A DNA stretch of 64,000 nucleotides. Origin: an uncultured Acidobacteriota bacterium (GTDB taxonomy: Bacteria > Acidobacteriota > UBA6911). The notes beneath the pieces were generated by a model, which saw only the letters and a list, made by a program, of their open reading frames with translations, was not told the origin of the DNA and ran no database searches. Numbering within the stretch: the stretch's first letter is position 1; every line of letters starts with the position of its first letter. Position numbers and translations under genes: made by a program. The stretch spans positions 128,001-192,000 of the forward strand of contig CAWJKZ010000019.1 of the NCBI GenBank assembly GCA_963843575.1, read 5' to 3'. Shown here piece after piece: positions 1 through 11,767 of this stretch.

Positions 1-137
1 CTACCGCGCGGGACCGCCTCGCTCCGATCGGCGGCGGCCGTGACGGCGAGTTACAACTGGTTTACAATCTAGGACATTGTGGTGACAACCAGCCGGTGGG
101 AGTCCCCTATACTCCCGCCGCATTATCGGGGAGACCT

Positions 138-1739
138 ATGCACCTTTTCGGGATCACCGGCATCGGCTTATGAGAAGTTTCTCAGGACGGGGAACATCTC
201 CTACCTGTACCAGATGGATCGCTTTCGACGTCGGCGATCGTGACGGCCTACTTTGTGATCCTGGCGATCCTCAGCTTCTACGGGATGCATCGGTACATCA
301 TGGTGTTCCTCTTCCACCGCCACCGGCAAGAACGTGGCGCGACCGCGAAGGCGCAGTTTCGAGGAACTGCCACGGGTTACGGTTCAGCTCCCCTCCTACA
401 ACGAGATGTACGTCATGGAGCGGGTGATCGACGCCGTCTGCTCCTTCGATTATCCCGAGGATCGGCTCGATATCCAGGTGCTGGATGACTCGACGGATGA
501 GACCCACGGTGATTGCGCCCGCGCGCCGTGGAACGATGGCGCAGCCTGGGGTTGGACATCCATTACATCCATCGGGAGGATCGCAGGGATTCAAGGCGGG
601 CGCCCTGGAGAACGGGCTGAAGACGGCCAAGGGCGAGTTCATCGCGATTTTCGATGCGGATTTCGTTCCCGAGCCGGATTTTCTGCAAAAGGCCATCCAC
701 CACTTCACCGACCCGCGCGTCGGTATGGTGCAGGGGCGGTGGGAGCACCTCAACCGCGAGTACTCGTTTCTGACCCGGACCCAGGCCATTTTCCTCGACG
801 GCCACTTCATGCTCGAGAGCTTCACCCGCTTTCTCGAGCGGACGCTTTTTCAACTTCAACGGGACCGCCGGAATCCTGCGGCGCGACGACGATCGAAGAC
901 GCCGGCGGGTGGCAGCACGACACCCTGACGGAAGACCTCGACCTCAGCTACCGCGCCCAGATGAAGGGCTGGAAGTTCGTTTTCCTGCCGGACTGCGCGT
1001 GCCCGCCGAACTGCCCGTCGAGATGAATTCATTCAAGTCGCAGCAGTGCCGCTGGGCCAAAGGGTGCGATGCAGACCTGCAAGAAGTTGCTGCCGACGCT
1101 GCTGCGCGGCGATTTCCGCGCGGCGGAGAAGATGGAGGCCTGGTACCACCTGACGGGCAACATCTCGTATCCGCTCATGGTCGTCCTCTCCGTTGTCCTC
1201 TTCCCCGCGCTGGTGATCCGGTTTAACCAGGGGTGGTTCGAGCTGCTGCTCATCGACCTGCCGCTTTTCATCCTCTCCTTCAGCAGCGTGACGACGTTCT
1301 ACATCGTCTCCCAGCGCGCGTTGCACAAGGACTGGCGCCGGCGGCTGCGTACCTGCCCGGGCTCATGGCCGTCGGCATCGGGCTGACCGTAAGCGGCGCA
1401 AAAGCGGTCCTGGAGGGCGCCTTCGGGATTCAGACGCCGTTTGTGCGCACGCCCAAGTTCTCGGTGGAAGGGAACAGGGGCGATTGGAAGCGCAAGAAAT
1501 ACCGCGGCAAGGTCGGGTTGCTCGCCTTCATTGAGTTGACCCTCGGCCTCTACTTCACCGCTCGTCACGTTGTATGCCTGGGATCTGGGCATCTACGGCG
1601 TCATCCCGTTTCTGCTCTGTTCCAATTCGGCTTCCTCTACACCGGGTTCTTTTCGCTTTCCCAGGGGCTGAAGCACATCAGTTGGCCCGCCCCCATCGCC
1701 CGGCTCCACGCGCTGGTCGTCCGCCCCGACGCCCAGTAG
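138..1739 (+). CDS. Membrane glycosyltransferase family 2 (cellulose synthase-like), split by several single-base frameshifts
   Basis: Stitching ORFs 240-488, 334-1026, 485-928, 909-1226, 1069-1386 and 1233-1739 gives [46 protein letters not shown] (QxxRW) and FVRTPK. GGAG precedes ATG at 138. Confidence 0.85.
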
Positions 1740-1887
1740 GGCGCCCGCACCCTTCGAAGTACGGAATGCGGTGTGCGGCGCCTCGGCGTCGCTTCTGCCT
1801 GCACCGCTGGAACCTCGGCCCGTGGCGGTTGTTCAAAGGGGCGTGTTTCCAGCATCGACCTTTGGACAGCCTCTTCAGCGCGGGTCC

Positions 1888-2496
1888 CTAGAACGGGCGG
1901 TTGCGCAGGCGCTGGAGGAGCGCCTCGAATTCCGCAGGGGTGTCGATGTCCTCGACCGTTCCGGGATCGTCCGTCTCCAGGAAGGCCGTGTCTTTTTCAT
2001 AGCTCCGGATCAGCTCCTTGGGGCTATGGTCTACCGGCAGGGCCAGCAGCTCCTGGCACAGGCGGGTGCCGAACAGCGCAGGGTGTCCCCGTTTCCCCCG
2101 GCACCGAGGCATGGCGGCGGCGGCCCCGCTGTCGTCGAACAGCCCGATCAGCCGGCGAACGGTCTCCTCGCGGATTGCCGGTTGGTCGACCGGCCAGACG
2201 AGGCACGCGCGAAATGTCCCGGCGTTTCTGAGGGCGAGCTGCAGCGAGGATATCTGCCCCTGCTCCGGGTGCGGATTGAGCGCGACGCGCAGGTCGCGGC
2301 CGACGAGGTGCGGTTGGATCAGGGTGGCGTGCTTCCCCACGATCACGACCGGGCGGGCGAGCGGCAGCCTTCCTATCCCGTCAAGAATGACGTCGACGAA
2401 CGTCGCGGGCCCGAGGCGCAGCAGCGCTTTCGGAAACCCCATGCGGCGCGAATCCCCGGCCGCCAGCACCAGCGGAACAATCGGCAGTTCCGGCAA
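1888..2496 (-). CDS. Nucleotidyltransferase family protein (MocA/YgfJ-like, molybdenum cofactor cytidylyltransferase type)
   Basis: Motifs VLAAGDSRRMGFPKALL, GQISSL, PVDQP, GKRGHP and EDIDTPAE. Probable TTG start at 2496. Confidence 0.85.
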   Translation of the reverse strand: MPELPIVPLVLAAGDSRRMGFPKALLRLGPATFVDVILDGIGRLPLARPVVIVGKHATLIQPHLVGRDLRVALNPHPEQGQISSLQLALRNAGTFRACLVWPVDQPAIREETVRRLIGLFDDSGAAAAMPRCRGKRGHPALFGTRLCQELLALPVDHSPKELIRSYEKDTAFLETDDPGTVEDIDTPAEFEALLQRLRNRPF

Positions 2497-2568
2497 TCGT
2501 CCCCCCTTCTGCGCGCGGCCTCTCATTCTGGGTGCGCGCCGCCGGCCCCTGTGCTTAAATCAGCGGGC

Positions 2569-4071
2569 ATGAAGCGATTCTACCCCGTAGCCATCCTTTT
2601 ACTCGCTGTTTGTTCGATCGGGCCATCGACCGGCTGCGCCGCCCGTCCGCCGGCGCGCCCGGTGGCGCCGGCGCAGGCCGTGGACGCGCTGGGGCAACTG
2701 CGCCAGGACCTGGCGCGCGTGTTCGACGACGTCAGTTTCGGCAACGCGCAGTGGGGGGTCGAGATAGCCTCGCTCGACAACGGCCAGGTGCTTTTCGAAC
2801 GCCACAGCGCCCGGCTCTACATGCCTGCTTCCAACAACAAGCTCCTGACGGGCGCTGCCGCGCTGGTCCGGCTGGGCCCCGACTTCCGGTTCCAGACGCG
2901 CATCATGACCGACGGAACCGCTTCCGGCGGAGTGTTGCGGGGCAACCTCGTCGTGGTCGGCGCCGGCGATCCCGCCACCGCCCCGCGGTTTCACGGGGGC
3001 GACCCGTTCCGGGTCTTTCGCGACTGGGCGGGGCAATTGAAGCAGAGAGGCATCTCGCGCATCGAGGGGAAGCTCGTCGGCGACGACGGAGCCTTCGCAG
3101 AACCGCCGGTCGGCCGCGCTTGGGCTTGGGACGACCTGGCCTACGGTTACGCGGCCCCGGTCACCGCCCTCCAGTTCAACGAAAACCTGCTGACCCTCGA
3201 GGTCACCCCGGGACCCGCCCCCGGGACACCGGCCGGCGTCAGGGTCCTGCCTGTGCCGGATTTCCTGAACGTGGAGGCCTCCGTCACGACCGCGGCGGCC
3301 GGCACCCTCCCCAACCTCGATCTGCTCCGCGGCGAGGGCGAAACCGTGCGGGTGGCCGGCACGGTGCCCGCAGGCGGCGCGCCCGTCGAACGCACGGTCG
3401 CGGTCCGCTCGCCTGCGCATCTCTACCTGACGGCGTTGCGCCGCGTCCTCGATGAGGAGGGCATAGCGGTTGCCGACGGCATCTCGGCGACGCGCAACTC
3501 GGATCTTTCTCACCTCACGATGCTGTGGAGCCACGCGTCGCCCCCCCTTGCCGAGATCCTCAAGCCCCTCCTCAAGGTCAGCCAGAACCTCTACGCCGAA
3601 ACCATGGCCCGGACCATGGGTCTGGAGGCCTCGGGGTCGGGGAGTTTCGCAAAGGGCCGGGAAGTCGTCGAACAGGTGCTCGGGCTCATGGGGATAGAGC
3701 GGGGCGGCTACGCCTATGCCGACGGTTCCGGTCTGTCGCGGCTGAACCTGGTCAGCGCGGACCTGGTCGTCCGGCTTCTGAAATACATGCATCGTCACCC
3801 CTCTTTCCCGCAGTTCTACGACGCCCTCCCGGTCGCCGGGGTGGACGGCACCATCGCCGAGAGAATGAAAGGCACTCGTGCGGCAAATAACGTCCGGGCC
3901 AAGACCGGCACCCTCGCGTACGTGCGCTCATTGTCCGGATATGTGGAGACGGCCGACGGCGAGACGCTCGCTTTTTCGATGATCGCGAACAATTTCCTGG
4001 TTTCCTCGGCGTCGGCGGAGTACGTCCAGGATACGGCGCTGCAGCGGTTGGCCACGTTCAGCCGGAAATGA
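2569..4071 (+). CDS. dacB: D-alanyl-D-alanine carboxypeptidase/endopeptidase (PBP4, peptidase S13)
   Basis: Signal peptide MKRFYPVAILLLAVC; PASNNK (SxxK), SQN (SxN), DGSGLSR and AKTGT (KTG). Confidence 0.93.
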   Translation: MKRFYPVAILLLAVCSIGPSTGCAARPPARPVAPAQAVDALGQLRQDLARVFDDVSFGNAQWGVEIASLDNGQVLFERHSARLYMPASNNKLLTGAAALVRLGPDFRFQTRIMTDGTASGGVLRGNLVVVGAGDPATAPRFHGGDPFRVFRDWAGQLKQRGISRIEGKLVGDDGAFAEPPVGRAWAWDDLAYGYAAPVTALQFNENLLTLEVTPGPAPGTPAGVRVLPVPDFLNVEASVTTAAAGTLPNLDLLRGEGETVRVAGTVPAGGAPVERTVAVRSPAHLYLTALRRVLDEEGIAVADGISATRNSDLSHLTMLWSHASPPLAEILKPLLKVSQNLYAETMARTMGLEASGSGSFAKGREVVEQVLGLMGIERGGYAYADGSGLSRLNLVSADLVVRLLKYMHRHPSFPQFYDALPVAGVDGTIAERMKGTRAANNVRAKTGTLAYVRSLSGYVETADGETLAFSMIANNFLVSSASAEYVQDTALQRLATFSRK

Positions 4072-4202
4072 AAGGGGCGTCCCGGCGTTGCCGGCAGGAA
4101 AACAAAAAAATTTTCGTGGAGGACACGGGAAACACTGGATTCAATCAGCCGTGCTCTCGTTTGCGGTGGACGCCAGGCTGGCTCCTTCCGTGTCGCGACG
4201 GG

Positions 4203-5995
4203 TCAGAAGATCCTGCCGTGCCTTTCCTGCACGGGGCGGCTCAAGTCGAGGACCACGCCGCCGAGCACTACCCGAACCGGCCTGCAGCGGGCCAAGTCCG
4301 GCGGGGTGGGCCCGTCCGAGTCCACGGTCCAGATGACGAGGTCCGCGGCGGCGCCGGGCGCAATCGCGCCTCGCCCTGGGATCCGGAACCGGCGGGCAGC
4401 CTCGGACGTCCACCGCGGCAGCGTCTCGGCCGGGTCGCCCGACAGCTCCGCCGGGGCGCGGTACCGTTCGGCTTCGGCGCGGGTGAAGGTGTCCATGCCG
4501 AACCAGCGGGGGATCTTGATGGAGCGGGCCGGGTCGGCGGTTCCCGGGCCCAGCACCCAGCCCCTGGCGCCGGCGGCGAACCACTCGGCAAGCAGCAGCT
4601 CCCAGTCGGGGCCCGCGCCCGGAGAAGCCCCGGTCACGACGAAGCCCGAGTTCACCATTCCAGCCGTCGAGTGCAGGCGGACTGCAGCCGGGGACCGCGC
4701 CGGGAGGTTGTCCCCGGGAATGCTGCGCAGGACGGTCAGGACGCCGCGCCTCAGGTAGGCTTCGTCCGCGGCCGGGTCGTTTGCCCCCGTCGTTGCAGGA
4801 TCCCAGGCGATCAGCCCGGGGGTGATCAGGGTGCCGGCGCAGTCCATCGACTGGTGTGCGGTGTAGACCCCCAGGTCCCCGATGTCGGCGATGATCGCCG
4901 CGCCCCGCGCTCCCCGGCGCGCATCTCCCCGTATGGCGATGTCACCCTTGAACACGGGTGCCGCGCCGGTGTAAATCCACGCGTTCCTCAGCAGCAGGTC
5001 GAATATCGGGGTGTCGCTGTTCAATTTCAGGGCGTCGAACACCGCGGGGTTCGCCTGTCCGATGCGCCCGGTGGCCAGCGAATCGAGCACCGCGAGGATC
5101 CCGACGAAGTTCAGCTTCACCGGGAAACCGGGGCCTTGTTCGAACGAGTATCCACCGCTTTCGATCAGGACGACCGGGGTTCCCCACTGGGTGAGGTTGT
5201 CGCCGAATGCGCGCGGGTTGTACGACTCGTCGTAACGCGAGATGTGACCGTAGGCGAATGGCGACAGCGCGTCGTAGAGCACGGCCGCGACCCTCCGGGT
5301 CAACAGGGAATCACCGTCCCCGGGTGCGGCGCCGGCCCCGACCGCCAGCAGCGCGATGGTGGCCACCTGGCCCGTGTCCCCTACGGTCGTGAGGCTGTTC
5401 TGGTCGTGCAGGTTGAAGCCGAGGAACGGAAGATATCGGTCGCGTACGGATTTGAGCACCCGCCCCTCGGGAGTCTGCAGGGCGCGCGCATCCCGGTTGA
5501 TGTCGATCTCCTGGGCGTTGCGCCGCTGGCTGAGCTCCGCGCCGTCCGGGTTCAACATCGGGATGCAGAGCAGCGTGTACTTCCCGAGGATTGCTTCGAC
5601 CCAGGGCTCGCCGCGGTGGCGGCACAGGAAATGGAAGAGGTCCAGCAGGGAACTGGTCGCGGTGGCTTCGTCGCCGTGCATTTGGGACCAAAGGAGGATC
5701 TTGTCCGCCCCGGTACCCATCGTCACCAGGTAGAGTTCCCGGCCACGCACCGACTTCCCCGGCCTCCTCGAGACGGGCGCTCCCGGGGGAACTCCGCGAC
5801 CAGCGCCTGGAGCCTCGCGCTCGGTCCACGTGGGTCAGCGGAGCACGGATCGTCCGGCGAGACACGCTCCTTTTCCCGCAGGGCTGCCAGCCGTCTCGCC
5901 CTCGACCTCGTAAAGGTCCCCCGCCGGGAGGGATCGGCAGCCGCCAGCAAAGCGGATCCGAAAGCGAAACCCGCGAACCACGTCGATGCGTCCAT
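4203..5995 (-). CDS. M14 zinc carboxypeptidase fused to a degenerate amidohydrolase-like C-terminal region; frameshift near 5755
   Basis: WSQMHGDE, NPDG, DINRD and LHDQ are M14 motifs. The C-terminus has DLLLRNAWIYTG, ITPGLI and RGAIAPGAAADLVIW. The N-terminal signal-like part is in ORF 5723-5995. Confidence 0.75.
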
Positions 5996-6085
5996 CTCGT
6001 CCCTCGCATTCGCTGTTCCGGACTGCTATGGTATCAGAACGGGCCGGCCGCCACGGCAATTTGCATCCCGGCCTCCCCTTTGTCT

Positions 6086-6656
6086 ATGATGAAAACACTA
6101 ATCCTATCCATGATCTGGCTGGCGCAGCTGCCCCCAAAACCAATCGCGCCCCCGCCGCCCGCCGCGAACCGCGCGCCGCTGGACAAGAGCGCCTACTTCG
6201 CTTTCGTGGACCGCGAGTACATCTTCACCATCGAGATGGTCAAGCCGGGCGTACCCCTGTTCAACTTCATCTCGATGACCGACGCCGAACAGCTGCTCCC
6301 CGCGAAAGAGGTCCGGCTGACGCTCGACGGCCGGAAAGCCCCCGGCAAGTTCTTCCTGGTCGACACGGGCAATCCCAAGGAGCCCGTGATCATCCCGTCG
6401 GTCCGGCTGCGACCGAAGTCCTCGTTTGGCGTGCGGCTGCAGGGGGAATTCGGCGACACCCGGGAGTTGCTCGGCGTCACCGTGCGCTGCGGTCCGGACG
6501 ATTTTCCCCTCGTGCCCCTGTCGAGTTTCGGACTTCGAGAACCTGGCCCTCAAGGTCAACCGTCTCAACCTCGGATCCCCGGACCTGCGGGACGATTGGC
6601 GGGTCCTCAAACTCGAGGCGATGGGGACCAGGGCGCCGGCCGGCCGGCGCCGCTGA
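6086..6656 (+). CDS. Hypothetical, probably exported protein; frameshift near 6530
   Basis: MMKTLILSMIWLAQ followed by a Pro-rich linker and a globular region; continues in the frame of ORF 6426-6656 (DFENLALKVNRLNL). Confidence 0.6.
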
Positions 6657-6727
6657 ACTGCGTTTTCCCTGCCACAGGACGATCCGGGCTTTCAGCCTGG
6701 ACGGAGTTTGCGGTGCTGAAGTACTCT

Positions 6728-6880
6728 GGAGTGCGGCGCCTCGGCGCCGCTTTCCGCTCGTCCTGCGGCAGGAATGCTCGGCGCCTCGGCGCCACGCCGG
6801 AATGCGAGGTTGCAGCCCTGCGACTTACAGCCTGAGGCGGCGCCGAGGCACCGCCAAAGCGGCGTCGAGCCGCCGCACTC
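6728..6880. repeat. Repeat family B (GGAGTGCGGCGGCTCGACGCCGCTTT REP-like doublet)
   Basis: Inverted termini ggagtgcggcgcctcggcgccgcttt and ccaaagcggcgtcgagccgccgcactc, with related copies elsewhere in the window. Confidence 0.85.
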
Positions 6881-7039
6881 GACGATAAACGTTGGACAGC
6901 CCCTTTCAGCCCGGAGATTTTCTGCGGTCGCCCTGCCAAGCCCGCGGCGACGGTCGAAAGAGAGCCGGGGAATAGATGCTATCTCTGGGGCCGCGTCGAG
7001 CCGACGCGGCCCACTTTCTTGGACAGTGGTTCGTGAGGG

Positions 7040-8855
7040 TCAGTCGGCCAGGAAGATGCGGTTGCCCCCTTGCCCCTTGGCCCTGTACATGGCGAGGTCG
7101 GCCTTCTCGATGAGCTGTTCCGCCTCGGTGGTGGGGGCGAACTCGGCGATGCCGACGCTGGCGGTGATCTGCCCGCTGAAGGTGCTGGCTCAAGTGCGAG
7201 AGTATCCGCTCGGTGACGATGCGAGCCTCGCCGCTAGTGGTTTCCGGCATCATGATGGTGAACTCGTCCCCGCCGTAACGAAAACACATGTCGACACTCG
7301 CACGCACGAGGCTGCGGATCAGGGTGGCGGTCTCGCGCAGTGCCTGGTCGCCCCGCACGTGTCCGCGGCTGTCGTTGTACTGCTTGAGGCCGTCCAGGTC
7401 GAAGAAGCAGAGCGAGAAGGTGCGGTTGAACCTCCGGCTGCGCTCGATTTCGCTTGCGAGCGCCGAGAAGAAGCGGCGCTGGTTGAACAGACCCGTGAGG
7501 TCGTCGGTGATCGACAGGGCTTCGAGCCGCTGGTGCAGCAGGACGGTCTCGGTGACGTCGCGTACGAGGCAGAGGAACCCGACAGGGTCGTTGTCCGAGT
7601 TGTACACCCGCTGGATCGTCACGTCGAGGTAGGCCTGACCCGTGCTGGTGGCGTGGTAGAGACGGCTTCTCTCCAGCAGGGAAGACACGGGATCGGAGAT
7701 GAACGCGGACAGTTCCTCCTGGAACCGCGAGTTGGCGAAGAGAGTCAGGATGTCCTTGCCGACGATCTGCTGGCGCGGCATGTGAAAGATCTGTTGGGCG
7801 CCGATCGAAACCGTGATGATGTAGCCGTGCAGGTCGGTGGAAATGATGGCGGCGTCTTTGGCGGACTGCAGGATGGCCTGCATGTACTCGTTGGACTGGT
7901 GCGCGTGCTGGAACTGGCGCAGGTTTTCAAACGCCGAGGCGATCAGCGACGCCAGCCCTTCCATGGTGTTCAGGTCCTCGGGCGGAAAGGCGTCGAGCCG
8001 GCTGCTCTCGAAGGACAAAACGCCGAGCAGGTTTCCGCGCACCCTCAAAGGGACGACCAGGTGGCTCCCCCGGGCCTGCCCCTTGCCGTCCTCGCCGACG
8101 AGGTTGTTGTTGTAGAGCATCTTCTCCTGCCGCAGGCACTCCTCGACCATCGTGGGGGCGGCGTCCGGGGGGGCGGCTTTGCCCCCCTTGCAGGCGTGGC
8201 CCACGAGCTGGAGCGGTTCCTGCTTCGGCCCGAGGCGCCACATCTGCACCCGGTCGTAGTCGAATCCCCTGCGCAGCAGTTCGGCGGTGCAGCGCAGGAA
8301 CTCGCCCACGTCCTCGACCAGGACCGCCTGCTTGGCGATTTCGCTGACGATCTCCAGCTGGCGGCCGTGTCGCCGCTCCATGTAGTGGGTGTCGGAGTTC
8401 TCGACCGCGAGGGCGAGGTGCGTCGCCAGGTGGCGCACAAATCGATGTTCGGCGGAGGAAAACTCCCGGGCGACGGCGAGCCCCACGACGAGCACGCCCT
8501 TGCGCTTGCCCTGCCAGTTCAGCGGCAGATAGGCGGCCGCCAGGTCATCCGGCCCCAGGAGATACGCCCGTTCCGCGCCGTCCTGGCGGCTCGACTCCCC
8601 GAAAACGGCGGCGACCTGCCGCTGCTCGGCAAGCGAGGTGCGCAGCCGTGAGTCCTCCAGCGGGACGATCTTCGGCCCGATCAGGGGGGCATCCGGATCG
8701 GTTTCCACCGAGTAGAGCGTGACCGTGATCTCGCTGGCCCGCTGCTGCACGAGGGTAAGCCGCCCGACGGCAAGCCGCTCCTCCAACATCCCGCGGCAGT
8801 TGCGCAGGATGTCCTCCAGGACGAGCGATCCGTACACCGAGGTTGCCAGCCGCAT
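7040..8855 (-). CDS. Sensor diguanylate cyclase (GAF-GAF-PAS-GGDEF); frameshift near 7180
   Basis: TDDLTGLFN, DLDGLKQYNDSRGHVRGD and RYGGDEF. The shifted frame gives TASVGIA...ADLAMYRAKGQGGNR with stop at 7040-7042. Confidence 0.9.
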
Positions 8856-8908
8856 TTGTCCGCGCTTCCCGCGGCGCTGCCGGCGAACGCGCGCCGACGG
8901 ATTCTCCG

Positions 8909-10147
8909 CTACCGACAGGGACTGCCCGCCTTCAACCGTTCCCGCGCCTGGAGCGCGGTTCTGAACGCGGCCGCGACTGTCTCGATCCAATCATTTAGGG
9001 CTGCCTCCTCGATTCCGCCGGCCTGCGCAAACTCAGGTCGGCCACCGCCTCTGCCGCCCAGCCTGGAGGCGGCATCCTTCACCCAGGAACCGGCGCTCCC
9101 GGGTGTGCCGGCGGCCCGGGCGACGACCACCTGGCCGCTGCCGGCCACGACCGTTCCCAGGATAGCCACGACACCGGCCCGCGCCGACGCCTTCTGCGCC
9201 AGCAGCTTTACCGCTTCCACCGGGCGCCCCGGATACACGCGTTTGATGAGGAATACCTCACCGTACTTATCGGCAACCTGCAGCAGATTAGACGCTTCAA
9301 AATCGAGGAGCTGCTCCTGGAGCTGCGCGTTGGCGCGCCTGAGGGACGCTTGCTCCGCCAGCAGCTTCTCGCCCAGCCTGGGGAGTTCGTCGGGGTGCGC
9401 GGAGAATTGCCGCCCGAGCTGCTTCAGCGTGCCATGCTCGTGCCGAAACAGCCGGAACGCCCGCAGGCCGCACACGAATTCGATGCGCGTCCCCCCTTTG
9501 TACCGCTCCGACCCCAGGACCGAAACGACGCCGATTTCCCCGGTGCGCCGCACGTGCGTGCCGCCGCACGGGGAGCGGTCGAATCCCTGCACGTCGACGA
9601 CCCGGATCAACCCCTCGCGCTGCGATTCCTTGCGCACCCCGAGCGCCGACAGCTCGCTGCGGTCGACCGAGATCGTGGTGACCGGGCGGTCCTCCATCGC
9701 GATCCGGGTGGCCAGCTCCTCCGCCGCGCGGATCGCGTCGGGATCGGGTTGGGGCATCTCGACGTCGATGGTCGACGTTTCGGGGCCGAGGTGGAACGAA
9801 ACCGTGGCGGCCCGGGCTGCCCGGACGAACGCCTGGGAAAGGATGTGCTGCCCGGTGTGCTGCTGCATGTGGTCGAACCGGCGGTCCCAGTCGATGCGCC
9901 CCTCCACCGGGCCCTGCGTCAACGGCGCATCGAGGGTGTGGACGATCCGTCCGGCGGCGTCTTCCTCTACCGAGACGACCCGCGCGGGCCCGAGCGCCCC
10001 CCGGTCGTGAGGCTGTCCGCCGGAGGTGGGGTAAAACGCCGTCCGGTCGAGCACGACGGCGGGCGATCCGCCGACCGAGAGCTGCTCGATGACCGTGGCG
10101 CCGAAGGATGTGAGGTACGGGTCCTCGTGGTAGAGATGCTCGGTCAA
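8909..10147 (-). CDS. Alanyl-tRNA editing protein (AlaX-L type, with DHHA1 domain)
   Basis: TAFYPTSGGQPHD, HMQQHTGQHILS, SPCGGTHV and GRGGGRPEFAQAG. Confidence 0.9.
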   Translation of the reverse strand: MTEHLYHEDPYLTSFGATVIEQLSVGGSPAVVLDRTAFYPTSGGQPHDRGALGPARVVSVEEDAAGRIVHTLDAPLTQGPVEGRIDWDRRFDHMQQHTGQHILSQAFVRAARAATVSFHLGPETSTIDVEMPQPDPDAIRAAEELATRIAMEDRPVTTISVDRSELSALGVRKESQREGLIRVVDVQGFDRSPCGGTHVRRTGEIGVVSVLGSERYKGGTRIEFVCGLRAFRLFRHEHGTLKQLGRQFSAHPDELPRLGEKLLAEQASLRRANAQLQEQLLDFEASNLLQVADKYGEVFLIKRVYPGRPVEAVKLLAQKASARAGVVAILGTVVAGSGQVVVARAAGTPGSAGSWVKDAASRLGGRGGGRPEFAQAGGIEEAALNDWIETVAAAFRTALQARERLKAGSPCR

Positions 10148-10175
10148 GGGTCCTGCCCCCGGTCTGGTTTGCAGC

Positions 10176-11343
10176 TCAGTTGAGAAGTTCGGGATACTTC
10201 AGCCCGGTCCCCGTGTTGAACAGGACCACCACTTCGTCTGGGCCCAGCCAGTTGTCGCGCACGAGCCGCCGGAGCGCGGGAATGCATGCGGCCCCCTCGG
10301 GGCACAGGAACAACCCCTCGAGCCGGCCGCAGAGTCTCATCGCGGCGACGATCTCGTCGTCGTCGACGGCGACCGCGGTGCCGCCGCTTTGGCGCAGCGC
10401 GTCGAGGATCAGGAAATCACCCGAGCGCGCGCGGCACCCGGAGACCGGAGGCGATCGTGCGGGCGTTCTGCCAGGTCTCCGCCGACGGAGGCGCCCGCGG
10501 CAAAGGCCCGGACGATGGGCGCGCACCCCGAGGACTGGACCGTCACCATGCGCGGGCGGCGCGAGTCCAACCAGCCCAGCGTTTCCATCTCCGAGAACGC
10601 CTTCCACATGCCGATCAGCCCGGTACCTCCGCCCGTCGGATAGAGCACCACGTCCGGCAGATGCCAGTCGAACTGCTCCGCCAGTTCGTACCCCATCGTT
10701 TTCTTGCCTTCGATCCGGTACGGTTCCTTGAGGGTTGAGACATCGTACCACCCTTCGGCTCTGTTTGCGCTCGGCAACAATGCGGCCGCAGTCGGTGATC
10801 AGGCCGTCGACGAGCTCCACGCGGGCGCCGAAGACCTGCGCCTCGACGACGTTGGCCCTGGGAGTGTCGGCGGGCATGAAGATGAAGGACTCCAGGCCGG
10901 CGTGCGCGCCATAGGCGGCCATGGCCCCGGCCGCGTTGCCGGCCGACGGGATGGCCAGCTTGCGGACGCCCAGTTCCGCTGGCCATGCTCACGGCCGCGC
11001 ACAGCCCGCGCGCCTTGAACGAGCCGGTCGGGTTACCGGCCTCCTCCTTGATGTAGAGGCGCGACAGGCCGAGTTCGCGTCCCAGGCGCGGGACGTGCAC
11101 CAGCGGCGTGAACCCTTCCCCGAGCGACACCACGTGGGCAGGATCCTGTACCGGCAGGAGCTCGGCGTAGCGCCACATCGTCGGTGGCCTGTCGCGCAGG
11201 CACTCGCGCGTGAACGACGCCCGCGCCCGCTGCAGATCGTAACGCGCGAGCAGGGGCGACCCGCAGCTGCACAGGGTGTGCGGCAGGCCCTTCGGGTATG
11301 CGCGGGCACATTTGGGACAATCGAGCCGGTCGAGGAAAGTCAT
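10176..11343 (-). CDS. thrC: Threonine synthase (PLP-dependent), several frameshifts
   Basis: MWRYAELLP, SLGEGFTP, NPTGSFKARG, EPYRIEGKKTMGYE, YPTGGGTG and FNTGTGLKY spread across three frames. Confidence 0.85.
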
Positions 11344-11360
11344 TCTTCTGTCCTTTCGGG

Positions 11361-11630
11361 TTATGCCTTGAACCAGGTCCACACTCCTATGGCGACAAAC
11401 AGGACGGCGGCGGCCTTCGCAAGCAATCGCTGCGGCACGAAGCGGTCGACGACCCCACCCAGCAGTACGCCAAGCGCCGTGACGAGCGTGAGGGCTGCGG
11501 CGCCACCCAGGAAAACCGGCAGTGGCTTGCGGGACGACGCCGTCATCGTGACGATCGCCAGCTGGGTTTTGTCCCCCATCTCCGCCAGGAATATCGCCGA
11601 AAACGTCGTCAGTGCCAGTCTCCAATCCAT
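11361..11630 (-). CDS. TMEM165/GDT1 (UPF0016) family cation transporter, single-domain form
   Basis: [11 protein letters not shown] signature and three hydrophobic segments. Confidence 0.9.
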   Translation of the reverse strand: MDWRLALTTFSAIFLAEMGDKTQLAIVTMTASSRKPLPVFLGGAAALTLVTALGVLLGGVVDRFVPQRLLAKAAAVLFVAIGVWTWFKA

Positions 11631-11729
11631 CCCGTCCCCCTTTTCGCCGCCCGGCGGTCCGGACTCGAGCGGTGCTCGTTTGCGGTCGAGTGCGACGCCA
11701 GTTCCGGCCGCTGGACTCGATACGTGCCG

Positions 11730-11759
11730 TTGACACTGCTTTTGCCCGGTGTCTATACT
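11730..11759 (+). promoter_or_regulatory. Near-consensus sigma70 promoter of hslVU
   Basis: TTGACA(11730)-18 nt-TATACT(11754); ATG lies 8 nt downstream with no Shine-Dalgarno. Confidence 0.7.
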
Positions 11760-11767
11760 CCCCGTCT

